Part shown: positions 1-9,710 of the stretch, one piece after another
Numbering within the stretch: the stretch's first letter is position 1
Layout of the letters: the number at the start of each line of letters is the position of its first letter
From: an uncultured Actinomycetes bacterium
GTDB taxonomy: Bacteria; Actinomycetota; Thermoleophilia; Gaiellales; Gaiellaceae
Direction: 5' to 3'
Assembly (NCBI GenBank): GCA_963761365.1
Contig: CAVXHB010000018.1
Coordinates: forward strand, 61-64,060
Length of the DNA stretch: 64,000 nucleotides
Program-made: the position numbers and the translations under genes
Notes under the pieces: model-generated
The model's database searches: none
Told to the model about the DNA's origin: nothing
What the model saw: the letters and a program-made list of their open reading frames with translations, nothing else

Positions 1-281
1 CCGATCCTGTGGCCCCGCTGGTCCCGCCGCTCCCGCCGGTCCGCGTGGGCCGGCCGGTACGACCGACGCCGGGAACTTGCGATTCGATCCGAGCGCGAGC
101 AGTTGGCCGGCCTTTGGTGTCTTCGACGCCTTGATATTGTCGTCGACGGTGCCTGCGTTCTTCGCAAATAGAGGTATGCCTGCAGGTTCTCCTTCTTCGC
201 CGCCTCGCTGATGGATGTCGATCCCATCACGGCCACGACGAGCGCGACCACTGACAGGATGATCGGTACACGCTGCTTCAT
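1..281 (-). CDS. secreted collagen-like (Gly-X-Y) repeat protein, 5' part only (runs off window start)
   Basis: ATG at 281-279 behind a GAGGGGG RBS. Signal peptide MKQRVPIILSVVALVVAVMG. After one frame change near 170 it reads FAKNAGTVDDNIKASKTPKAGQLLALGSNRKFPASVVPAGPRGPAGAAGPAGPQ. Confidence 0.5.
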   Translation of the reverse strand, partial: MKQRVPIILSVVALVVAVMGSTSISEAAKKENLQAYLYLRRTQAPSTTISRRRRHQRPANCSRSDRIASSRRRSYRPAHADRRERRDQRGHRI

Positions 282-335
282 GATCTTGCCCCCTCTCTTG
301 ACGGGTTTGTCGCCTGCGGTAAACGGAGACCAATA

Positions 336-842
336 TTGGCAAAGCAGCTCCGGCCATGTGCGCTAGAGCCGCAAACCGCAGGAGACGTCGGCGTCATGCG
401 CGGCGTCGACTGCACGTCCAGCTTCCGTTCATTTAACAATGCCCGGTCATCGAGCATTTGGGGGCGGCGGTGGCAGTTTGATTTCTCGCAGGTCGAGCGG
501 TCGAGCGGCCGTGTCACGGTCGAGAACTTGAGCCCGGGCCGCGCCACTTGGTCGGGCAGCTTCTTTGCCCCGCTCGAGGCACTCTCAGCGGACGGTCTGG
601 ATAGCGGCCGATTCACTAAGTACACGCGCGCGCGAATAGCAGAAAACGCCACTTCGAGTGGCCGAGCACCGCGACGCTCTTACCGTCTGACTGGCCTCAT
701 CACTGGCGCCGTGTTCTTCTTTCTGTTCGGTCTGCGTCTCCTGCTGGGTACCCGCTGGGGTGGCGAGGTCGTCGCTTGGATTTTCGGTCTCGTAGCCGTT
801 GCTGGACTCGTGCTCGCGGTAATCGCGGCAACCCACAAGTAG
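336..842 (+). CDS. hypothetical membrane protein (weak call)
   Basis: 168-aa ORF. The last 50 aa form two hydrophobic helices (LTGLITGAVFFFLFGLRLLL, VVAWIFGLVAVAGLVLAVIAA). No family recognised. Lies in the A/T-richer island and may be non-coding. Confidence 0.25.
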   Translation: MAKQLRPCALEPQTAGDVGVMRGVDCTSSFRSFNNARSSSIWGRRWQFDFSQVERSSGRVTVENLSPGRATWSGSFFAPLEALSADGLDSGRFTKYTRARIAENATSSGRAPRRSYRLTGLITGAVFFFLFGLRLLLGTRWGGEVVAWIFGLVAVAGLVLAVIAATHK

Positions 843-1443
843 CTGTCGCCTAGTTCGATTCCCATCGCCTATTAGACGAACTGCTGGAAAGGTGACGGCC
901 GGTCCGCGGCTTCACTCGCACCTGTGTGCTCACGCTTGGTGCCGGCAGCGCATTGCGGAGCACCTCGAAAACTTGGTCAGAGTCCAAGAGCGTTCTCGCT
1001 GGTCTCAGGATCTCTAGACCGGAACTGACAGCTACCGCTCACGGACGCGACGATTCAGTACACTAGGGAGGAGCCTGCCGTCCGGATCGAGAGGTGACAA
1101 CACGACGATGCGGGTCGATGATCCAAGCCTGTCTCCCAGCCAAATTTGATCGGAGCGTGCTCCTCCTCGCGGCCTTGTTCGCTGGCAGCACACGCTGACA
1201 GGGCACGAACTGGGTCGATCTCCGGCGATGCGTAAGTTGGTGCTCAGCGCGTCTATCGCGCTCGGCTTCGCGCCATCGGCACTTGCGACGAAGTGCTGGC
1301 CATCATCGAGGGAGGACGTGACGCATTCCAGACAAGGAGACGCCGCTATCGACTCGAGACCTGAGCTAGGAGCCTCTTGAGGCTAAGGGGCGAGTCATGA
1401 TTAGGTTGCGGAGTCGGAAACCCTGAAATCATCCTTCGATCTC

Positions 1444-2037
1444 GTGGATCCCAACACGATTATCGGCGTTGTAGGCGGCTTCGGGGTCTCAATCGTCCTC
1501 TGGTTCTTAACAGTTAAGTGGCTGGTCGCTCGGATCGCCATCTCAAAGGTGCTCTACGAACAGAAGGACAACAAAGGAGTGCGTCGGTTCTGGATCACGA
1601 CTAAGAATACGAGCTTCCGCGACGCAGTTGATGTTGTCGTCAAATGCACGCTCTATTCAACCGGATGGGGGAATGGAGATGAGGCTGTCATCGCAACGAT
1701 CGATGTCCCTGTCTCGACGGGGCAGATCGACATCCTGCCCCTGGAAGGCTCCGTCTTTCAAGAAGACGGACGAAAATGATGCCCAGGGGTCTCGGCTCGT
1801 CGAACTGCGCTTCGATCAGATCAGCGATTTCCAGCGACAGAAGCTGACACCCAAGCAGCGCCAGAGTCTGGAACGGCGCCAGTCAGGATTCGCGGAAATC
1901 GCTGGTCTGCGGGTGAGGAGTCTTTCCTAGCCCTGGTGGTATATGCCTACGATCGATTCAGCGGGAGCCGAAGAGTTTTCACGTCGCAGGAGTTCACACC
2001 GGAAGATGTCAGGCTGGGATTCCCGGTCGACGACTGA
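1444..2037 (+). CDS. hypothetical N-terminally membrane-anchored protein (frame-disrupted as sequenced)
   Basis: ORF 1444-1779 opens with the TM helix IIGVVGGFGVSIVLWFLTVKWLV. Reading continues in two other frames (KKTDENDAQGSRLVELRFDQISDFQRQKLTPKQRQSLE, then LVVYAYDRFSGSRRVFTSQEFTPEDVRLGFPVDD, stop 2035-2037). No family recognised. Confidence 0.4.
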
Positions 2038-2368
2038 CTGGGAGCGTCGATGCTCGGCGGACAAGCCCCAGTCGTCTCTCCTTGCGCGGCTCGACGGTTT
2101 TCTTTGTCGTCTGAGTGACTACCTGTCTAATCAGCTGAGTTGAGCAAGAAGGCAGCGAGGATTGGTCGAGAGCGCGAGAGACCCGAGTGCGTTCCTGTTG
2201 ACATGCATGCCGTTGGCCTAAGAGCTACCTGTGCTTCTTGCGTGACCCGCGCATTCAGGTTTCCTGTGCATCGCGAAGACGTGTGCGAGCCTGTCTCTGG
2301 TGACACAAATGAAGTTTGTCCGCGAGCGGCGCTAGTGTTGTCGACGTAGATCAACGAAGGAGTTAGCG

Positions 2369-4201
2369 TTGAAAGCGCCTCTCTACTCGTTCGCATCGTT
2401 CGTGGCGGCGGACCAGACGGCGAAGATCGCCGCGGTCTCCGATGCCAAGAACCCTGCGGCCTACGACGTTTGAGCCGATTGGTGGAAGCAACTACGCGAG
2501 TTCATTCCGCGTAATCACAAGATGGGTGGTCTCGAGACCAAGCTCGCTAGAATTCACCAAGACGGTCACCCAACGGAAGCAAAGCGGTTACGGCGATCGT
2601 GTGGCCGCCTACAACAAGTGGTGGGGCAAGAACGTCATCAAAGGGGCAATCGGCGCTCCCACGACTTCGTATGGTCAGGACTCGATGTAACCGTGAACCC
2701 TGAGCTCTTTCTATCTGTAAATGAGTTCGGCACATCATCAAGCTTTACTTCAAACAGTCCGAGAAGCTTGGCGGCAGGGCGAATGTCGTCCTGCGACTCA
2801 TGGAGCTCAAGTATCGGAAGGGATCCTCTCCGACGGGTACATCTGTGGTCGCTATCTTTGATCTTGCCCAGCCAGTTCATCGTTCCGATCGTTTCTTTGG
2901 CGTATTTTTCGATCCGCTTCTCGCCGGGGAAGCGAGCGTCATTTGCCACGATTTGGCCCTCGGCGTAGAAGGGGTTTACCGCACGTTTGCGCCTGGCATG
3001 GAGATTGATTCGGTGCTTGATCAGTTCGACATCGCTCAAGAGAATCTTGGGCGGCTCAAGTCCGTATGGGAACGCCTTGAGAAGCTCGTGCCAACTGGGA
3101 TTGCGTTTCTCGGGCCTGATGATGAACGGCGACTGCAATATGACGACCTGGTTCGTGCTTATGGTGATCTCGCCCACGAGCTTCCTCCGGTCGAGGGCTT
3201 TCGTGTTCAGTCCAGCCCGCTCAGCCTAAGTGAGATAGCTCAGGCTCGGCTAGATGCAGCAGAGATAAGCGAGTTTGAGGTTGAGTTGCGCATGGAGCAA
3301 GAGCGCGGGCTGCCGGCCGAGGAACTTGCTGAGTACGAATACAAGTTCAACAAGGCGCGAAGACGGCTCATTCGTCATCGCGTGATGGCTTTAGTCGAAG
3401 AAATCGATGCGCTTACGCTCGCATTGGGTGCGCGAACAGATCGAAGCAACGAACCGATTGTGGGCTCAGATGGGACCGACTTCGTGAGGCGATCCCAGAG
3501 CTTGAGCGTTTGATCGGCGGCATCGTGACTCGCGAGGGGAGGTGGCGTGAACTCTCGCGTCATCTCGCGTGGGCGCAAGAGATCGATGCACAAGATATTG
3601 CCGACCACGATTGGCCGTCTGTGAGACAGGATGTCCTTTCAGCCTTATACGCGGACATCGAACCTTTGCCGAGTGCAGGTCTTGATCTTGATGTGTTGTC
3701 GCGATCCGACCCTCAGGGGAGCGTCACCACATCGCTTGCGTGGAATGCGTTAGGCCCCGAGGACTTCGAGCGCCTCATCTACAACCTGCTCTCATCCGCG
3801 GGGGGTTGGGAAAATGCGCGCTGGCTCACAAAGACGAACGCTCCCGACCGTGGCAGGGACCTCTCGGTGGAGCGCGTGGTTGACGATCCGTTGATTGGGA
3901 CGACTCGTCAGAGAGTGCTTGTTCAGTGCAAGCATTGGTTGACGAAATCGATCGATGTTGCCGAAATGGCGAACGCGGTCGCGGCAACTTCGCACTGGGA
4001 GCCACCACCCATCGATGTCCTGATTGTTGCGACGAGTGGTCGGTTCACCATCGACGCCGTCGCGTGGACTGACGCTCACAATCGAGACCGGAAGCGGCCC
4101 ACTCTCGAGATATGGCCAGAAGTCACCTCGAGTCGTTGATCGCGCGTCGGCCCCAACTTCGGGCGGCGTTCGGCCTTACGGCTCCAAACGTGCCGGATTA
4201 G
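2369..4201 (+). CDS. large protein with unrecognised N-terminal module and C-terminal Mrr-cat / PD-(D/E)xK restriction-endonuclease domain (frame-disrupted)
   Basis: GAAGGAG RBS 6 nt before TTG 2369. The C-terminal third has nuclease blocks FERLIYNLL, APDRGRDLSVERV, RVLVQCKHW, DVLIVATSGRFT and the tail IWPE/SHLESLIARRPQLRAAFGL (stop 4199-4201). The N-terminal ~380 aa (VNPELFLS, IIKLYFKQSEKL, long helical EISEFEVELRMEQERGLPAEELAEYEYKF) are not recognised. Several frame changes are needed. Confidence 0.55.
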
Positions 4202-4672
4202 CGCGGTAGCTGACGTTCGCCCGTGACAAGCCCGTACTTGGGCGGTCGAGTGCCTATGCAGGGTCCCTTCATCCTCGAGCTGCGGGGCTTGAAACGTGTC
4301 AGCATCGTGTCAGCAATTGCGGTCTCCAACGAGGAAACGTGGGTCGAAGCGTCGGAACGAGAAATCGGCGATGTGCAGGGAGCTGTCCAGTCCGGTCGAT
4401 CCCTGTCGGAGCTGGGGATAGGCTCGACAAGCTGGGGGTTACTGGTTCGAGCGTGCCCTGCTCAGCGGGCCTGCCCACCTCTTCGCACGGCCTGGTACCG
4501 ACACGCCCCGTTTTCGGATCCGTGCTCTCCGCCGATCTCTGAGTGCGATCACCTCCCGGCGCGGCGGCCGGCTGCACGCAAATTTGACCAAAACTTGACC
4601 ACGGCGAGTTATCTACAGGTTTCCGCGGCCATCTGGAAAACACAAAGGGCGTGTTTGCAGGCCTTTTCTAAA

Positions 4673-4745
4673 TGGAGCCAGGCGGGCTCGAACCGCCGAC
4701 CTCCTGGGTGCGATCCAGGCGCTCTCCCAGCTGAGCTATGGCCCC
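4673..4745 (-). tRNA. tRNA-Ala (anticodon CGC)
   Basis: 73-nt cloverleaf GGGGCCATAGCTCAGCTGGGAGAGCGCCTGGATCGCACCCAGGAGGTCGGCGGTTCGAGCCCGCCTGGCTCCA. It has the G3:U70 Ala identity pair and anticodon loop AUCGCAC. CCA is not encoded. Confidence 0.95.
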
Positions 4746-4768
4746 GCGTCGGCTCAGTTTAGCGACAG

Positions 4769-5444
4769 CTACGCGGCGAACAGGGTCAGCTCGGGTTCGC
4801 GCTCGCCGCGGAGAACGGCGAGGTCGACCTCGACGCAGCGGATACCCCGCGACTCCGCGAGCGTCACCGCCTGCGGCTTGCACTGCTGCGCCGCGAGAAT
4901 GCCGCGGCATTCGACCTTCGCCGGGTCGATGCGGATGCACTCGAGATAGCGGGTGAGCTGCTCGACCGCGTCGATCGTCGCGATCCGCTTGATCTCGACG
5001 GCGACCCAGCCAGCGTCTGCGTCCCGGCACATCAGGTCGACGGGCCCGACGTCGGTCGGCCACTCGCGCCGGTCGAGCCGCAGGCCGGGCTCGAGCGTTT
5101 CCGGCAGCGCCGCAAGCGCCTCCTGCAGGTCACGCTCGACACCGTCCTTCTCGAGCGGCGCCGCTTCGCCCATCTCGTGCTCGACGTCGGAGAGCACTTC
5201 GTGGAGCCGGATCTCGAGGCGGTCTTCGCTCCGGCCGGCGCGCTTGCGGACGACGATCACGCCGTCGCCTTCCTCGATCACGGTCGGCGGCGTCATCCAG
5301 TTGAGCGGCTCGGTACCCGCCGGCGTCGGCGTGCACGAGCACCGAGCCGTCGGCCTTGATCATCAGCAGGCGCGTCGACTCGGGCAGGTACGCGGTCAGG
5401 CGGCCGGTGTAGGTGACCTCGCAGCGGGCGACGAGCAGGCGCAC
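4769..5444 (-). CDS. nucS: endonuclease NucS / EndoMS (one frame change near 5300)
   Basis: N-terminus [44 protein letters not shown] (ORF 5130-5444). C-terminus [41 protein letters not shown] (ORF 4769-5296). Confidence 0.85.
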
Positions 5445-5473
5445 CGCGTCACCCTACTGTCCTTTTCGGACAG

Positions 5474-6100
5474 TTAGACGCGGCGGATGAGGGTCATGCC
5501 GTCGCGCACGCTCAGCATCACCTGCACCGACTCGCGGATCGGCGGCGACGTGGTCGTTGAAGCGCGACGATCGGCCTCTCGCCGTCCAGCACGCGGCCGC
5601 TCCAGAGCGTGTTGTCGGCGACGATCAGCCCGTGGTGCGTCAGGCGCGGCAGCACGGCCTCGTAGTAGTCGACGTAGCCCTCCTTGTCCGCGTCGATGAA
5701 GACGAAGTCGAAGTCGCCCTCGAGTGCGCGATCGTCTCCAGCGCCGGGCCGAGGTGGAGCGTGATCCGCGTGCCGTACGGGCTGCGGTCGAAGTAGCGCT
5801 GCGCAACCGCGGCGCGCTCGGGGTCGATCTCGCACGTGTCGATGCGCCCGTCCTCGGGAAGCGCACCTGCCATCGACAGCGCCGAGTGGCCGCTGAACGT
5901 GCCGATCTCGAGCACGCGCTGCGGCCGTCCGAACCAGACGAGCATCTCGAGGAAGCGGCCGGCGACCGGGCCGGTCAGCATCTGCTCCGAGCCGAGCGCG
6001 GTGCGCGTCTCTTCCGACGAGCTCCGCGAGCAGATCGTCGTGCGGCGAGGTCAGCCGCTCGACGTACTGCCTCGATCTGCGGGTCGAGGATGTCGGCCAC
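5474..6100 (-). CDS. class I SAM-dependent O-methyltransferase (family 3, caffeoyl-CoA OMT-like), frame-disrupted
   Basis: [65 protein letters not shown] and [14 protein letters not shown] sit in four different frames. GTG 6100 overlaps the upstream stop (TAGTG). Confidence 0.75.
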
Positions 6101-6771
6101 TAGCCCTCGCGCTCGACCGACGAGCCGGCGACGATCGCGTCCTCGCCGTCCTCGTAGCGAACCCACGCCTTCCCGTTGCCGTCGTAGTCGGGCCCCCAGG
6201 CGATCAGTGTCGCGTCGCGCCCACCGGCGGTGACGCGTTCGGTCCCTTCCGGTTCGTCCCCTCGCCAGACGCGCACGAACGGATTCAACATCCACTCGCG
6301 TCCGATCGAGGTGATGTCGCTGTGGCCAGGCAGGACCCGCCGGTCGTGCGGCATCGTCATCAAGACGTCCATCACGTCGGTCTTCACCTGCGCGAAGTCG
6401 CCGCCGCCGATCGAGTCCTTGAAGAGCACGTCGCCGGTGGCCACGAGCTCGTCGCCGGCCGGGTCGACGATCACGAAGCAGACGCCGTCCTCCGAGTGAC
6501 CCGGGGTCGGGATCGCCTCGATCTTCAGCCCACCGGTCTCGAATGACGTCGTCATCACCGGCAGGTCGAGGTCGTCCTCGTGCTCGATGTGGTCGTGGTG
6601 GGAGTGGGTGCGGAGAATGTGCGTCAGCCGCAGGCCCTGGGTGGTCGCGAATTGGAGCAGCGGCGTGACCGGGGCGCCCGAGTCGATGATCACCGCCGCG
6701 CCGCCGCGGCCCTCGCCCACGACGAAGGCATTCGAGAGGTAGCGGGGATGCATGCTTCTCGTCAGCAGCAC
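6100..6771 (-). CDS. MBL-fold metallo-hydrolase
   Basis: Intact 223-aa ORF with the HSHHDH metal motif and a later PGHS. The start may be the internal MHPRY at 6753. Confidence 0.8.
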   Translation of the reverse strand: MLLTRSMHPRYLSNAFVVGEGRGGAAVIIDSGAPVTPLLQFATTQGLRLTHILRTHSHHDHIEHEDDLDLPVMTTSFETGGLKIEAIPTPGHSEDGVCFVIVDPAGDELVATGDVLFKDSIGGGDFAQVKTDVMDVLMTMPHDRRVLPGHSDITSIGREWMLNPFVRVWRGDEPEGTERVTAGGRDATLIAWGPDYDGNGKAWVRYEDGEDAIVAGSSVEREG

Positions 6772-6788
6772 GGGCGGTAGGCTACAGA

Positions 6789-7547
6789 GTGCAAACCCGC
6801 TCCTGGGAGGAACAGATGCCCGGCTTGGTTGGACGCACGATGGTGATCATCAAGGCGAAATTCTCGCGGCTGCTCGACCACGCCGAGAATCCGTCGGAGA
6901 CGCTCGACTACTCCTACGAGGAGCAGCTGCGCCAGCTTCAGAACGTCAAGCGGGGAATCGCCGACGTGGCGACGGCCAAGAAGCGGCTGGAGCTTCAGTA
7001 CACCTCGATGCAGCAGCAGGTGGACAAGCTCGACGGCCAGGCGCGCGACGCCGTCACGGCGAACCGCGAGGACCTGGCCCGCGAGGCACTCACGCGCAAG
7101 GCGGCGATCCAGGGCCAGCTCCAGTCGATCATGGAGCAGGGCCAGCAGCTCGAGGCCCAGCAGCAGAAGCTCGTCGACGGCGAGAAGACGCTGTCGTCGA
7201 AGGTCGAGTCGTTCCGCACGCAGAAGGAAGTGATCAAGGCGCAGTACTCGGCCGCCGAGGCGCAGGTGAAGATCGGCGAGGCCGCGACCGGGATCGGCAG
7301 CAACATGGCCGACGTGGGGGCCGCAGTCGAGCGCGCGAAGGACAAGACCGCGCAGCTCCAGGCGCGCGCCGCGGCAGTCGACGAGCTGACCGCAGCAGGA
7401 ACGCTCGACGACTTCACCTCGTCCGACGACGACATCGACCGCCAGCTGAAGCAGATCTCGCAGAGCGGCCAGGTCGACGACGAGCTCGCGAAGATCAAGG
7501 CCGAGGTCGGCAAGGGCGCGGAGCCCGCGAAGGAGATCCAACCGTAG
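6789..7547 (+). CDS. pspA: PspA/IM30 family protein
   Basis: Intact ORF with coiled-coil sequence AKFSRLLDHAENPSETLDYSYEEQLRQLQNVKRGIADVATAKKRLE. The start among 6789, 6816 and 6840 is unresolved. Confidence 0.85.
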   Translation: MQTRSWEEQMPGLVGRTMVIIKAKFSRLLDHAENPSETLDYSYEEQLRQLQNVKRGIADVATAKKRLELQYTSMQQQVDKLDGQARDAVTANREDLAREALTRKAAIQGQLQSIMEQGQQLEAQQQKLVDGEKTLSSKVESFRTQKEVIKAQYSAAEAQVKIGEAATGIGSNMADVGAAVERAKDKTAQLQARAAAVDELTAAGTLDDFTSSDDDIDRQLKQISQSGQVDDELAKIKAEVGKGAEPAKEIQP

Positions 7548-7552
7548 GGCCG

Positions 7553-8809
7553 TTGTTCGGCGGCCGTACATTCGCGAGCCTTCGCAAGCATCGCAACTAC
7601 CGGCTCTACTTCGCCGGACAACTCATCTCCGCAAGCGGCACGTGGATGCAGGACACGGCGTTGCCGTGGCTGATCCTTCAGCGGACGCACTCGCCGGTGC
7701 AAGTCGGTCTGCTGCTCTTCTGCCGGTACCTCCCGTTCTCGCTGTTTGGCCTCTATGCCGGCGTCCTCGCGGACCGCTTCGACAACCGCCACATGATGAT
7801 GGCGACGCAGACCGCGTCGATGAGCATTGCCGCCGGGCTCGCCACGGTCACGCTCCTGCACGGCCCGATCGCTCTGGTGTACGTCCTCGCGGCGTTCGGC
7901 GGCACGGCGGTCGTTTTCGACGCGCCGAATCGCCAGTCGCTCACCTTTCGCCTCGTCGGTCGTGCAGAGCTGCCAAATGCCGTCGCGCTCAACTCGAGCA
8001 TCTTCAACTCCGGCCGCGTGATCGGGCCCGCGCTCGGCGGCATCATCATCGCAGCTGCGGGCGTGGGCTTCTGTTTTGCGCTGAACGCGGTGTCGTTCCT
8101 GGCGGTGCTTGCAGCGCTTGCGCTGATGCGCCCGCGCGAGTTCTACCCGCTCGACCGGCGCGGCTCGCGCGCACGGGGGGCAGGCGCGATCCGAGAGGGA
8201 CTCGGCTACGTCCGTGCGAATCGCAGTCTGCGACTGATCGTCGGGGCGGCGGCGGTCGTGGGTCTCATCGGTTTCAACGTCCGCGTGCTGATCCCGGTGC
8301 TCACGGCGAAGACGCTGAAGGCCGGCCCGCACACGCTCGGCGTGCTCTTCGCGTGCTTCGGCCTGGGCGCGCTCGCCGGTGCTCTCATCACCGCTTCGGC
8401 GGAGCGCCCGCGCTGGCGGCGGTCGCTTGCCGGGCTCGGTGGTCTGGGAATCGCCCTGATCGCGATGGCGTTCCTCCAGACGGTTTGGGCGGCGGGCGCG
8501 CTGCTCGCAGTCGTCGGGATCTCGTTCTCGACCTGGTCGGCGACGAGCCAAACGATGCTCCAGCTGACTGCGCCCGATGCGCTTCGCGGCCGCGTCGTCA
8601 GCCTGTACCTCCTCGTCTTCGGCGGCTTCAGCCCGATCGGCAGTCTGCTTTCAGGTTGGCTCGCCGACATCGGCGGAACACGGCTCGCGTTCCTCGCCGC
8701 GGGCGGAGCGGTATCGGCCACCGCCGTCTACGACGCACTCCGAATTCGCGGCTTCAAGGCAGAGGAGCCACGCGGCCGGCCGACGGAGTATGTAGAGCCG
8801 CCGGTTTAG
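7553..8809 (+). CDS. MFS transporter (enterobactin-exporter-like subfamily)
   Basis: TTG 7553 lies just after the pspA stop. Reads FGGRTFASLRKHRNYRLYFAGQLISASGTWMQDTALPWL followed by about 12 TM segments. The first 800 nt of track ORF 6752-8809 are out-of-frame read-through of pspA. Confidence 0.8.
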   Translation: MFGGRTFASLRKHRNYRLYFAGQLISASGTWMQDTALPWLILQRTHSPVQVGLLLFCRYLPFSLFGLYAGVLADRFDNRHMMMATQTASMSIAAGLATVTLLHGPIALVYVLAAFGGTAVVFDAPNRQSLTFRLVGRAELPNAVALNSSIFNSGRVIGPALGGIIIAAAGVGFCFALNAVSFLAVLAALALMRPREFYPLDRRGSRARGAGAIREGLGYVRANRSLRLIVGAAAVVGLIGFNVRVLIPVLTAKTLKAGPHTLGVLFACFGLGALAGALITASAERPRWRRSLAGLGGLGIALIAMAFLQTVWAAGALLAVVGISFSTWSATSQTMLQLTAPDALRGRVVSLYLLVFGGFSPIGSLLSGWLADIGGTRLAFLAAGGAVSATAVYDALRIRGFKAEEPRGRPTEYVEPPV

Positions 8810-9420
8810 ATCGGCAGGTCGTACAACGCGAGCCACCGGGTCAGGTCGGGCTCGATCGGGAGCTCTTCTTCGAGCTTCGCCTTCAGCTCGAGCTCGGTCG
8901 CGTTGTCGCGGTTCTGCCCGTCACCGGTCGGGATGAACGGCCACCATTTGCCTCGCTTGAAGCCGTAGATCCAGTAGACGGGATTCTTCGCGTCGCCGAA
9001 GTTGCCACCGTCGAAGCGGAACGGCGCGGCGAGCAGCTGCCCGCCGAATCCCTGTGCGGTCAGCTCGCTGGCAACCGCGTACACGGCGGTGACCTGGTCC
9101 TCGATGTCCTTGTCGTGGATGATCACCCACTCGAAGCCGTACTTGTCGGTTTTGCGCTCGACCTCGCCACCCGACGAGCGTGCCGCCGATTTGACGAGCG
9201 AATCGGTGTCCGTATCCACCCGTTCGAAGTCGCCCGACGACAGCGACTTGTACGTCACCGCGCCGACGCCCGCTGGGTTTAGACCGAGCTCGGTCTGCAG
9301 CGTCACGCACGCGGTCGTGAGCGCGAACAGCGCGTCTTGGTCTGGCGCCTTGAGCTTGTTGCGCCCGAAGAGAACGTTTCCGAGCCCCATATCGTCAGCG
9401 TAGCGTGGGGCCTGGGGCAA
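8806..9420 (-). CDS. PspA-associated protein, PspAB-like (conserved actinobacterial hypothetical)
   Basis: Intact ORF. Probable start MGLGNVLFGR at 9390. Blocks DALFAL, GFGGQLL and RDNATELELKAKLEEELPIEPDLTRW resemble the PspAB family as I remember it. Sits beside pspA. Confidence 0.55.
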   Translation of the reverse strand: MPQAPRYADDMGLGNVLFGRNKLKAPDQDALFALTTACVTLQTELGLNPAGVGAVTYKSLSSGDFERVDTDTDSLVKSAARSSGGEVERKTDKYGFEWVIIHDKDIEDQVTAVYAVASELTAQGFGGQLLAAPFRFDGGNFGDAKNPVYWIYGFKRGKWWPFIPTGDGQNRDNATELELKAKLEEELPIEPDLTRWLALYDLPI

Positions 9421-9475
9421 GCGTCAGACAAAACTGATCCTCAAAGACTACGGGCGTACGACCGATACAGAAGCG

Positions 9476-9661
9476 ATGACCCTGAGAGACGCGCTTTCCA
9501 TCGCAATTCCCGCAGTCGCGCTCGTCGTTCTCTTCGCTGCGCCGGGCGAACTCCGCTGGACCCGTCGCCCATGGTTCATAAAAGGGCCGCCGCGTCGCCG
9601 TTCTTTCGCCGCGTTCTTCGCGGCCCTTCTTGTTATCGCCGTCACGCATACGCTCTACTGA
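9476..9661 (+). CDS. possible small two-TM membrane protein
   Basis: 61-aa ORF with two hydrophobic stretches (IAIPAVALVVLFAA, FAAFFAALLVIAV) in an otherwise empty 290-bp gap. Confidence 0.3.
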   Translation: MTLRDALSIAIPAVALVVLFAAPGELRWTRRPWFIKGPPRRRSFAAFFAALLVIAVTHTLY

Positions 9662-9710
9662 GCTCGAAGACAAGCTAAGCCTCGGTGGCCGTGTCTGGCC
9701 GGTGCTCCCT

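Noticed and set aside
845-875. GTTCGATTCC motif resembling a tRNA T-loop (possible tRNA fragment or att scar)
   Set aside because: The flanks cannot form a T-stem or acceptor stem, and the motif does not match the 3' half of the neighbouring tRNA-Ala.
2638-3177. 179-aa minus-strand ORF with protein-like composition
   Set aside because: It lies antisense to the plus-strand frame that continues into the Mrr-cat domain and has its own RBS and start at 2369. The plus-strand reading is longer and contiguous with a recognisable domain.
4202-4672. Integrase or excisionase remnant between the nuclease gene and tRNA-Ala
   Set aside because: I translated all frames on both strands by eye. No tyrosine-recombinase motifs (R..HxxR..Y) or HTH excisionase-like sequence was found, and no repeat of the tRNA 3' end.
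6752-8551. Long overlapping ORFs 6762-7571(-), 6995-8551(-) and the N-terminal 267 aa of ORF 6752-8809(+)
   Set aside because: They give Arg/Ala/Gly-rich, low-information translations antisense or out of frame to the intact pspA and MFS genes.
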